From: an uncultured Actinomycetes bacterium
GTDB lineage: Bacteria; Actinomycetota; Thermoleophilia; Gaiellales; Gaiellaceae
Assembly: GCA_963809075.1 (NCBI GenBank)
Contig: CAWEIM010000015.1
Span: 20,465 to 84,464 of the forward strand
Direction of reading: 5' to 3'
Length of the DNA: 64,000 nucleotides
Below the pieces are notes generated by a model. That model was not told where the DNA came from. It searched no databases and saw nothing but the letters and a program-made list of their open reading frames with translations. The position numbers and the translations under genes were made by a program. Shown piece by piece: positions 54,560 through 62,796 of the stretch (positions within the stretch are counted from its first letter, which is position 1; the number at the start of each line of letters is the position of its first letter).

Positions 54560-55735
54560 GCCACCAGCGGGTCGAGGGCCATCGCCACGAACAGGAGCGC
54601 AAGGTACGCGAGCGAGAAGTGGAACAGCAGCCGCGCGCGCGCCGGCGACGTCTGCCGCGCGAGCCGCCACGCCAGCCAGATGAAGGCTCCGCCGAGCGCG
54701 AGGGCGCAGACGAGGTAGAGCACGCCGACGGTGTCCCAGAAGAACGGCAGCAGCGTGATCGGCACGAGCGCAGCGGAGTACAAGAGGATCTGCCGCGTCG
54801 TCGCGCGCTCACCCCGCACGACCGGCAGCATCGGGATCCGCGCCGCCTCGTAGTCGCGCCGGATCAGCAGCGCGAGGGCCCAGAAGTGCGGCGGCGTCCA
54901 GAAGAAGACGATCAGGAAGAGGAAGAGCGCCGGCACGGTCAGATTCCCGGTCGCGGCGGCCCAGCCGACCAGCGGCGGCACCGCTCCGGCAGCACCGCCG
55001 ATGACGATGTTCTGCGGCGTCGAGCGCTTCAGCCAGCGCGTGTACACGAGCACGTAGAACAGGTTCCCGACGAGCGCGAGCACGGCGGTCAGGACGTTGA
55101 CGAAGCTCGCGAGCAGGACGAACGAGAGAGCCGAGAGCGCGAGCCCGAACTCCAGCGCGTACTCGGCCGGGATGCGGTCGGCGGCGACCGGCCGCCCCGA
55201 GGTACGCCGCATCGCCCGGTCGATGTCGCGGTCGAGGACATGGTTGAGCGCGCTCGCGCCACCGCAGGCAAGCGCGAGCCCGAGCATCGTCACGCCACCA
55301 GCCACGTCGCCGGCCAGCCGCCGGCGCCGACGATCATCCCGCACAGCCCCGTCAGCAACAGCAGGCTCATGATTCGAGGCTTGGTCAGCGCCACGTAGTC
55401 GCGCCAGGAGCCCGCGGGCACCCAGCGCTCGCGCAGGACCAGCGCCGCCGAGACGAGCGAGGCCGCGAAGGCGAGGGCCGCGAGCACGACGTGCGCGACA
55501 TGGCCCGTGACGAGCGCGGCAACACCGAACAGCACCAGAGCCGTCAGCGGTGGGCGCCAGCAGGTGCCGGTACTCGAACCACGCGGCAAGTACGAGGACG
55601 ACGAGCGGCGGCACCGCGACTGCCGAGAGCGCCTCGTGCGCCACTCCCGGCACCGGTCGCGCCGCTGACGACCGCGAGGCCGGTCGCAACGGCCGCTCCG
55701 ACCGCCGTCAGCCGGAGCCACGGGCCAGGAGTCAC
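54556..55735 (-). pseudogene. ctaB: Protoheme IX farnesyltransferase (heme O synthase) with a roughly 130-aa, 4-TM N-terminal extension; three frame breaks (about 55635, 55555, 55305)
   Basis: The UbiA-family core has YVALTKPRIMSLLLLTG, ALNHVLDRDIDRAMRRTSGRP, YTRWLKRSTPQNIVIGG and FFWTPPHFWALA. The extension pieces are MTPGPWLRLTAVGAAVATGLAVV / HEALSAVAVPPLVVLVLAAWF / LTALVLFGVAALVTGHVAHVVLAALAFAASLV. Confidence 0.8.
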
Positions 55736-55736
55736 G

Positions 55737-57377
55737 CTAGAGATGGCGCTGCTCCTTCAGCCTGCGACGGATGTCCCTCAGGGGGCGGGGGCTCGTCACG
55801 TACGGAACCGGTGCATCGAAGTTCTCGGGCGGCGGCGGCGAACTCGTGTACCACTCGAGCGTATCTGCCAGCCAGGGGTCGTTCGAGGCCCGCTCGCCGC
55901 GCCGGCGCGTGACGATCACGTTGACGAAGAAGAGCAGGATGCCGATCGCCATGATCCCGGAGCCGATGCTCGACGCGAGGTTGTAGCCCTCCCACAGCCC
56001 GCCGCGGTCGTACGTGTAGATGCGACGCGGCATGCCGAGCAGCCCGAGCATGTGCTGCGGGAAGAACGTGATGTTGAAGCCGATGAACGTGAACCAGAAC
56101 TGCCACTTCCCGATCTTCTCGTCGAGGACGCGTCCGAACATCTTCGGCCACCAGTAGTAGAGGCCCGCGAAGATCCCGAGGATCGACCCGCCGAAGAGGA
56201 CGTAGTGCAGGTGCGCGACCACGTAGTAGGTGTCGTTGACGTCCCAGTCGAACGGGAAGACGGCGAGGAAGACGCCCGACAGCCCGCCGAGCGTGAAGAC
56301 TGCGATGAACCCGAGCGCGTACAGCATCGGCGTGTCGAAGATGAGGTTGCCGCGCCAGGTCGTCGCGAGCCAGTTGAAGATCTTCACGCCCGTCGGCACG
56401 GCGACGAGCATCGTCGAGATCATGAAGAAGGCCTGCAGCCCGATCGGGATCCCCGTCGCGAACATGTGGTGCGCCCAGACGAACAGAGAGATGACCGCGA
56501 TCCCCGCGGTGGCCAGCGCGATCGCCGTGTAGCCGAACACGGGCTTGCGGGCGAAGACGGGGATGACCTCGGAGATGATCCCCATGGCGGGCAGGATCAT
56601 CACGTAGACCTCGGGGTGGCCGAAGAACCAGAAGACGTGCTGCCAGAGCAGCGCGCTTCCCCCCTTGTCCGGAATGAAGAAGTGCGTCCCCACCTGCCGG
56701 TCGAGGAGCAGCAGGGTGAGCCCGGCCGAGAGCGCGGGGAGGACGAGCACGAGCAGGGCGGAGTACGCCTCGATCGCCCAGACGAAGAGCGGCATCCGCA
56801 TCCGAGTCATGCCGGGCGTGCGCATCCGCCAGATCGTCACGAGGAAGTTGATCGCGCCGATCAGCGACGCGATCGAAAGGATGTGGAGCGACAGGATCCA
56901 CAGGTCCTGACCCGTCCCCGGTGTCTTCTCCGACAGCGGCACGTAGCTCGTCCAGCCGGCCTTCGGCGCTCCGCCCGAGGCGAACCAGCTCCCGTACAGG
57001 ACGATTCCGCCGAGCAGGAAGAGCCAGTACGAGAGCGCGTTCAGGCGCGGGAAGGCGACGTCGCGCGCGCCGATCATCAGCGGGACCAGGTAGTTGCCGA
57101 AGCCGGCGAGGATCGGAACGACGACGAGGAAGACCATCGTCGTCCCGTGCATCGTGAACAGCTCGTTGTAGGAGTCCTTGGTGATGAAGTGCTCGTTCGG
57201 CGTCGCGAGCTGCGCGCGGATGAGCAGCGCGAGGATGCCTCCGGCCACGAAGAAGAACAGGCTCGTGGCGATGTAGAGGATCCCGATCCGCTTGTGGTCG
57301 GTCGTGACCAGCCAGCTGGCGAAGCGGCCGCGGGTCCACGGCACCCGGGCGGGATAGGGCTCGACGTTAACCGCCAC
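55737..57377 (-). CDS. ctaD: Cytochrome c oxidase subunit I (A-type)
   Basis: Intact, 546 aa: GFGNYLVPLMIGARDVAFPRLN, WFFGHPEVYV, VWAHHMF and VVAHLHYVL. The GTG start lies 11 nt inside the ctaC 3' end. Confidence 0.95.
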   Translation of the reverse strand: MAVNVEPYPARVPWTRGRFASWLVTTDHKRIGILYIATSLFFFVAGGILALLIRAQLATPNEHFITKDSYNELFTMHGTTMVFLVVVPILAGFGNYLVPLMIGARDVAFPRLNALSYWLFLLGGIVLYGSWFASGGAPKAGWTSYVPLSEKTPGTGQDLWILSLHILSIASLIGAINFLVTIWRMRTPGMTRMRMPLFVWAIEAYSALLVLVLPALSAGLTLLLLDRQVGTHFFIPDKGGSALLWQHVFWFFGHPEVYVMILPAMGIISEVIPVFARKPVFGYTAIALATAGIAVISLFVWAHHMFATGIPIGLQAFFMISTMLVAVPTGVKIFNWLATTWRGNLIFDTPMLYALGFIAVFTLGGLSGVFLAVFPFDWDVNDTYYVVAHLHYVLFGGSILGIFAGLYYWWPKMFGRVLDEKIGKWQFWFTFIGFNITFFPQHMLGLLGMPRRIYTYDRGGLWEGYNLASSIGSGIMAIGILLFFVNVIVTRRRGERASNDPWLADTLEWYTSSPPPPENFDAPVPYVTSPRPLRDIRRRLKEQRHL

Positions 57378-58360
57378 TGCCGAACCTCCTCTTCAGGTAG
57401 GTGAAGAGCGCGTCCACCTGCCGGTCGCTCCAGTCGCTCCCGACCGCGGGCATCAGGTTCCTGCCGTTCCGCACGATCGTCTCGAGGCTGTCCTTGTTCT
57501 GGATGATCGCGCTGTTGGCGATGTTCGGGCCGATCCCGCCCTGGCCCAGGTCGCCGTGGCACTTGGCGCAGACGCCGTTGAACTCCTGCGCGCCGAGGTC
57601 GGACGGTCCCGGCTTCCTGCGCGCGCGCCTGAGCGGACAGCCAGCTGTCGAATTCGCGGGCGGGAACCGCCTGGACGGTCGCGGTCATCGCCGCGTGCTG
57701 GATCCCGCAGAACTCGGCGCACTGGCCCTTGTACGTCCCCAGCTTCTCGACTTCGTACCAGGTGTGGTTCGGATGGCCCGGGATCGCGTCGATCTTCCCG
57801 CCCAGCGCGGGGATCCACCAGCTGTGGATCACGTCGTTCTCGGGCGCGGTCACCTCGACGCGTACCGGGCGGTTGACCGGCGCGCGCATCGTGTCGATCG
57901 CGATCACGCCGTTCGGGTACGTGATCTGCCAGTAGAACTGCTTGCCCTCGACGTTCATCCGCAGCTCCGAGCCGGCGGCTCCGGCTGCGGGAACGTCCTT
58001 GATGCCCGGGAGCTCGTAGAAGGTGAAGATCGCGATCGCGATCAGGATCAGGACGGGTACCGCCGTCCAGGCAAGCTCCAGATTCAGGTGGCCGCGGATC
58101 TGCGGGCCCTCGGCGTCCCTCGCCCGGCGCCCCCGTCGGTACTTGACGATGAAGAACACGAGGGCGACTTCGACGACGAGGAAGATGAAGACGGCGAAGC
58201 CCATGACGAACCAGTAGACCGTCTCGATCCGGGCGCCGTTCGGCGAGTCCGGTCCCGCGGGAGCGAAGCCTCCGTTGTCGCCGAGCGCGACGCCAGACAG
58301 CGCGAGTCCGGCGATGAGCAGACCGGCGAGGACGAGGAGCCTGGCGCGCACGGGTGGCAT
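57367..58360 (-). pseudogene. ctaC: Cytochrome c oxidase subunit II with a fused C-terminal cytochrome c domain (caa3 type); one frame break near 57610
   Basis: Two TM helices, then the CuA site HSWWIPALGGK...CAEFCGIQHAAM. The C-terminal GVCAKCHGDLGQGGIGPNI...LMPAVG (CxxCH) is in the next frame and ends at TAA 57367-57369. Confidence 0.85.
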
Positions 58361-58371
58361 TCTACGAAGCG

Positions 58372-58656
58372 ATGGCCGAACGCTCCGTCGTCGACTTGCC
58401 ACCGGAGGTCGGTCTCCCTTTCGAAGTCTTCCTAAACGGCGTTCCACAGCGTGAAGGACGGGACTTCAAGGTGGAAGGACACATGCTCGTTTTCGAACGA
58501 CCGCTGGCCGAAGAGGGCCGCCTCGGCTTCTGGCGCTGGCTTTCCCTCTTCCTCGGAATCGCAGGCACGTACCGCCAGAACGACTCGGTCGACATCGTGT
58601 ACCGCCGCGGCGGGCAACGGATAGTCGCGAGCAAGCTCCCGTTCAGGGCCGGTTAG
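58372..58656 (+). CDS. Hypothetical protein (94 aa from ATG 58372; GTG 58354 is an alternative)
   Basis: MAERSVVDLPPEVGLPFEVFLNGVPQREGRDFKVEGHMLVFERPL...FWRWLSLFLGIAG.... Divergent from ctaC, with at most 11 nt between the starts. Confidence 0.45.
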   Translation: MAERSVVDLPPEVGLPFEVFLNGVPQREGRDFKVEGHMLVFERPLAEEGRLGFWRWLSLFLGIAGTYRQNDSVDIVYRRGGQRIVASKLPFRAG

Positions 58657-59024
58657 GCGGTCGGGGAGCGACGAGCCCGCAGCGGCCACACCGGTGCCCA
58701 CGCTCGACGTACCCGGGCACCGCATCTCGAGCACCTGCTGCGCCGGCGTGTCGCGAGCATTCCCTCGGCGCGGAGAACCACCTCCGGCCACGAAACGGTC
58801 AGCGCGGCGAGGCCCTGGTCGGCATCGAGTCTCGCCAGGTGCTCGTCCCGACATCGCTCGACGAGGTCGATCACTCCGAGCTGCCGGGCCACGCCCTCGT
58901 CGAGCTCCTGTGCGACCCACCTCACCCGAGGGCGGAGCAGGCGGCGGCTGAGCTGCGGCTGGGAAGCGTCGAGCCTCGCGACGACGAGCTCGGCGATCGC
59001 ATGGATGTGGCTCCTTCGACTCAC
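58653..59024 (-). CDS. Hypothetical protein (123 aa) translationally coupled to infC
   Basis: The GTG overlaps the infC stop (GTGA, 59021-59024): VSRRSHIHAIAELVVARLDASQPQLSRRLLRPRVRWVAQELDEGVARQLGVIDLVERCRDEHLARLDADQG.... It is not L35 or L20. The C-terminal third may be frame-shifted. Confidence 0.4.
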   Translation of the reverse strand: MSRRSHIHAIAELVVARLDASQPQLSRRLLRPRVRWVAQELDEGVARQLGVIDLVERCRDEHLARLDADQGLAALTVSWPEVVLRAEGMLATRRRSRCSRCGARVRRAWAPVWPLRARRSPTA

Positions 59025-59580
59025 GACCGCGCTCCGTTCGGCGCGAGCAGCATCGTGAGGCTTCGACCTTCGGAGGTGATGCCGCGCTTCGACGTGGCCG
59101 CACTCCTGCACATCGGCCGCGAACCGCTCGAGCAAGTCGTCGCCCCGCGTCGACATGCTCGCGCTCCCGCCCGCGGAAGGACACGACGACCCGGACCTTG
59201 GAGCGATCCTGTAGGAACTGGGCCGCTCGATCGCGCTTCCACCGGTAGTCGTGGTCTCCGATGCGCGGGCGCACGCGAATCTCTTTCGACGAGACGTGGT
59301 CTGGTTCCGGAGGCTGGCGCGCCGGCTGCGTTCCTCCTCGTAGCGCCACTTGCTGTACTCGAGCACGCGGCAGACGGGTGGGTCGGCTTCCGGGGCGACC
59401 TCGACCAGGTCGAGCTCGCGACTCTGCGCGTATTCGAGTGCTGGCCCCACCGCGCATGACGCCGACCTGTTCGCCTGCTTCGTCGACGAGTCGAACCTGG
59501 CGTGCGTGAATCTGATCGTTGATGCGTGCCGTCACCCTCGGGCGAGGGGCGGTTTGGGTCCTACGACGAGCTTTCCTCAA
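59021..59580 (-). pseudogene. infC: Translation initiation factor IF-3; four frame breaks (about 59450, 59325, 59160, 59095); non-ATG (TTG) start
   Basis: The pieces are MRKARRRTQTAPRPRVTARINDQIHARQVRLVDEAGEQVGVM / ALEYAQSRELDLVEVAPEADPPVCRVLEYSKWRYEEE / SKEIRVRPRIGDHDYRWKRDRAAQFLQDRSKVRVVVSFRGREREH / LLERFAADVQECGHVEA / EGRSLTMLLAPNGARS*. They are colinear with E. coli IF-3 as I remember it. Confidence 0.8.
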
Positions 59581-59658
59581 CAGAGCGTCCTTTCGTATGA
59601 GTGAACGGCGCCGAGCCGCACCCGTTCGGAAGGACGTCTGGGGTGAAGTGCGCGCCGA

Positions 59659-59712
59659 CTAGTGCGCGCGCGAACCGAACGGGAGGGCCGGCGACTGGAA
59701 TTGGTCGGTCAT
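59659..59712 (-). CDS. Possible 17-codon upstream mini-ORF in the infC leader
   Basis: GAAAGGAGGAG lies 5 nt before the ATG. Sequence: MTDQFQSPALPFGSRAH*. It is followed by a structured region (CCCGTTCGG...CCGAACGGG enclosing two GCGCGCAC repeats). There is no conservation evidence. Confidence 0.25.
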   Translation of the reverse strand: MTDQFQSPALPFGSRAH

Positions 59713-59779
59713 GGACTCCTCCTTTCGGTCGAGAACGAGCGAACGCTGTGACCCTAGCACGGGTTTGGACGCGGGATCG

Positions 59780-60166
59780 TCAATCCTCGACCGCGCGTGC
59801 GATGCCCCACTCGGCCACGTCGCGAATCGAGACGATCCCGACCGCGCGCTCGCCGTCGACGATCGGCAGATGGCGGAAGCCGTGGTCGAACATCGTCTTG
59901 GCCGCGTCTTCGATCGACATGTCGGCCGTGGCCGTGATCGGGTCGGCAGTCATCCACTCGCGGACGCGGGCGTCGCTCGAGTGCGTACGGGCGGCGACGG
60001 CGTGCATGATGTCTCGCTCGGTCAGGACGCCGATCAGCCGGCCGAAGTCGAAGACGACGACCGAGCCGACGTTCCGCTCGACCATCCGCGTTGCGACTTC
60101 CCCGAGCGTGTCCTCCGGCGCGACGGTCAGCACGTCCTCGGTCATGATCTCCCGCAGCTGCGTCAC
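59780..60166 (-). CDS. CBS-domain pair protein
   Basis: Intact, 128 aa: IMTEDVLTVAPEDTLGEVATRMVERNVGSVVV...GVLTERDI...WMTADPITATADMSIEDAAKTMFDHGFRHLPIVD...GIVSIRDV. Confidence 0.85.
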   Translation of the reverse strand: MTQLREIMTEDVLTVAPEDTLGEVATRMVERNVGSVVVFDFGRLIGVLTERDIMHAVAARTHSSDARVREWMTADPITATADMSIEDAAKTMFDHGFRHLPIVDGERAVGIVSIRDVAEWGIARAVED

Positions 60167-60175
60167 GGTCCGAGC

Positions 60176-60181
60176 ATATAA
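60176..60181 (-). promoter_or_regulatory. Candidate -10 box (TTATAT on the minus strand) 9 nt before the CBS gene GTG
   Basis: It is the only AT-rich hexamer in the 27-nt gap. No Shine-Dalgarno sequence. Confidence 0.35.
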
Positions 60182-60193
60182 CGGGGGAGTCCT

Positions 60194-60406
60194 CTAGACC
60201 CGTCGATTTTCTCTGACGACGCTGAGGACGAGCACAGCGACCGCCCCGAAAGGCAGCAGCCACCAGGCAGAGACGCCGGCCTCGACGAGCCCCCACGTGG
60301 CGAGCAGCGCGACTACGACGCCGGCGGCGATCGTCCAGTCGTCGCCGACGAGGAAGTGGTACCAGAAGCGGCCGAAGGCCTTGGTCCAGCCCCAGAGCCG
60401 GTTCAC
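60194..60406 (-). CDS. Small 2-TM membrane protein (70 aa)
   Basis: The GTG overlaps the upstream stop (GTGA): VNRLWGWTKAFGRFWYHFLVGDDWTIAAGVVVALLATWGLVEAGVSAWWLLPFGAVAVLVLSVV.... Confidence 0.5.
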   Translation of the reverse strand: MNRLWGWTKAFGRFWYHFLVGDDWTIAAGVVVALLATWGLVEAGVSAWWLLPFGAVAVLVLSVVRENRRV

Positions 60407-61132
60407 GAGTACGCCTCGCGTGCGCCTCCGAGCAGCCGGCGGCGCTGCAGCGCGATCAGGCCTGCGGCGGCCAGGCAGTAGAAGGCGAGGATCACGGGCA
60501 GCGCGATCTCGTCCCCGGGCCAGTGGACACCGAGGCCCTCGGCCGCCCAGAAGGTGCCGAACGTGGTCAGCATCAGCCCGACGCTGAGAATGAGGACGCT
60601 GCGCGGGATCTCCCGCAGCGAGCGGTGGAAGGTGACTCCCAGCACCCCGACGAGGACGACGGCCGAAGCGCCGCCGATCGCCGCGATCGTGAGCTGGTTC
60701 GCGGTCGCCCCGAACGTCACCACGATGAACGCGATCTCGAGCCCCTCGAGCAGCACGCCCTTGAACGACAGGACGAACCCGGTCCAGTCCATGCCCAAGT
60801 CGCTGTTCGTGGCTGCCGGTGTCCTCGACGACCTCTTCGTCGCCGGCGAAGCCTTTCGCCGCCACGCGCGTCACGCCCTTGCGCAGCCAGCCCAGCCCGA
60901 AGGCGAGCAGCAGCGCGCCGATGATCAGGCGCAGCGTGTCGATCGGGATGGACGTCAGCGCCGTCCCGAGCCCGACGCCGAGCACCACCAGCACGAGCAG
61001 GCCGACCCCTGCGCCGATCAGCGATGCCCGCCAGCCGCGAATGAGGCCGACGCCGATGACGATGGCCACCATCTCGATCGCCTCGACGACCGAGGCGAGG
61101 AAGGTGGTGGCGAAGGTCCCTCCGCCGTTCAC
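60403..61132 (-). pseudogene. Polytopic membrane protein built from two internal repeats (COG4280-like, possible cation transporter); one frame break at 60811-60812
   Basis: The halves are FLASVVEAIEMVAIVIGVG... and FKGVLLEGLEIAFIVVTFG.... The junction ...EEVVEDTGS / TNSDLGMDWTGF is restored by removing one base from a run. Confidence 0.5.
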
Positions 61133-61146
61133 GGCTTGAACGTTAG

Positions 61147-62687
61147 CTAGGCGTGCGCTTCTGCCGCCTCGAGCGCCAGCTCCTCGTCCTCATCCGGAAT
61201 CGGGGCCGAGCGCTGCATGACGATCGCTACCAGGATCATCCCGGCGACGGCGACGCCCAGGGACAGCCACATGACCACGCCCAGGCCGTCGGTGAAACCC
61301 TGCTCGAGCGCGTGCTTGATCGCCACCTGCTGCCCCGGGCGGGAACGTGCGCAGCTCGGCGATCGCTTCCGCGTTCCCGGCGAGGAGGCCGCTGAGCGTC
61401 TGTTCCTGGGCCTCGGTCAGCCCGATGCCGAGCTTGCTCAGCAGCTCCTCGGACTTGCTCTCCGTGACGCTCTGGAAGAACGAGCCGGAGAGGGCGACGC
61501 CGAAGGTCGCGCCGATGCCGCTCATGGTCACGAGCACCCCGGCGGCGGCTCCGTGCTCGATCCGGCGGATCGCGTTCATCGCCGCGGTGTTGAGCGGCGT
61601 GAGCGCGAGGCCGACACCGCCGCCCGCCACGAGCAGCCCCGGCCAGAGCTCGTTGTAGCCCGAGTCGGCGTCGATGCCGCGTCAGCAGGTAACAGCCGAG
61701 GGCGGTGAGGATCAGTCCGAGGACGATCGGGATGCGCGGCCCGAGACGCGTTGAGATCGGCCCGCCGGCCGGCAGCGCGATGACCAGGGTGGCGCTCAGC
61801 GGCAAGAGCAGTGCGCCGGCCCTGACCACCGAGTAGCCCAGCACCTCCTGCATGTACAGCGGGATGAAGAACAGGACGGCCGCGAGCGCGAAGTTGACCG
61901 CGAGGAGCGCCGCGTTGCCACCCAGGTAGTTGCGCTTCCGGAAGAAACCGAAGTCGACGAGCGGGTTCCGCGCCCGGGGCTCGAGGACGAAGAAGAGGAC
62001 GAGCAGGACGCCTGCCGAGACGAAGAGGATGATCGACTTGGGCGACGTCCAGCCCCACGCTTCTCCCTCGTTGAGAACGAGCGTCAGCGCGGTCAGGCCG
62101 CCGGCGAGCGTGCCGAGGCCCGCCATGTCGACGTGCCGGTCCGCGTTCGGATCGCGAGACTCGCGCCCGGCGAGGAGGGTCATGACGAAGAAGACGACAG
62201 CGAACGGGATGTTGATCCAGAAGACCGACCGCCAGTCCCACTCGGCGAGAATCCCGCCGAGCGCGGGGCCGAGGCCGCTCACGAGCGCGGAGGCGGCCGC
62301 CCAGATGCCGATGGCCGTGCCGCGTTGCGCGGGCTCGAATGCGTCCGTGATGATCGAGAGGGACGCCGGCGTAAGGACGGCCGCGCCGACGCCCATGATC
62401 ACGACGGAGATGATCAGGACGATCGGATCCGGAGCGACTGAGGCTCCGAGCGCTCCCAGCGTGTAGATGACCGTGCCGCCGAGGAAGAAGACCTTGCGTC
62501 CGTACACGTCGGCCAGGCGGCCGGCCAGCACGAGGAGGGCCGAGTAGGCGAGGCTGAAGCCGACCAGCGTCCACTGGAGCTCGCCGATCGAGGCGTTGAA
62601 CTCCTTGTGGATGACGGGGACTGCGACGGCGACGGCCGAGGTCGGGATCGACGTGACCCCGCTCGAGATCGCCATCGCGATCAGCAC
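61147..62687 (-). pseudogene. MFS transporter, DHA2/EmrB-type (14 TM); two frame breaks (about 61690 and 61330)
   Basis: LAGRLADVYGRKVFFLGG, GVGAAVLTPASLSIITDAF and WRSVFWINIP. The later pieces are GGGVGLALTPLNTAAMNAI... and ...GVVMWLSLGVAVAGMILVAIV.... Confidence 0.8.
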
Positions 62688-62777
62688 CGTCCACTTGCCG
62701 CCTCCCTGCCCCCGGGTCCGCGAAAGCGCGCGAAGCGGAACGAGTGCGGCAGGTGCAGCACGGCGCGGGAGCTTAAC

Positions 62778-62796
62778 AGCGCTCAGTCTGAGCGCT
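62778..62796 (-). terminator. Perfect 19-nt palindrome (AGCGCTCAG-T-CTGAGCGCT) overlapping the GH15 stop codon
   Basis: It forms an 8-9 bp stem immediately at or after TAG 62795-62797 on the minus strand. No clear U tract. Confidence 0.4.

Noticed and set aside
4235-62687. True pseudogenisation (reductive genome decay) as the explanation for the frame breaks.
   Set aside because: This is not excluded, but I consider it unlikely. Essential genes are hit, there are no nonsense codons or deletions, every resolved junction is a homopolymer-length change, and gene ends still fit the overlap architecture.
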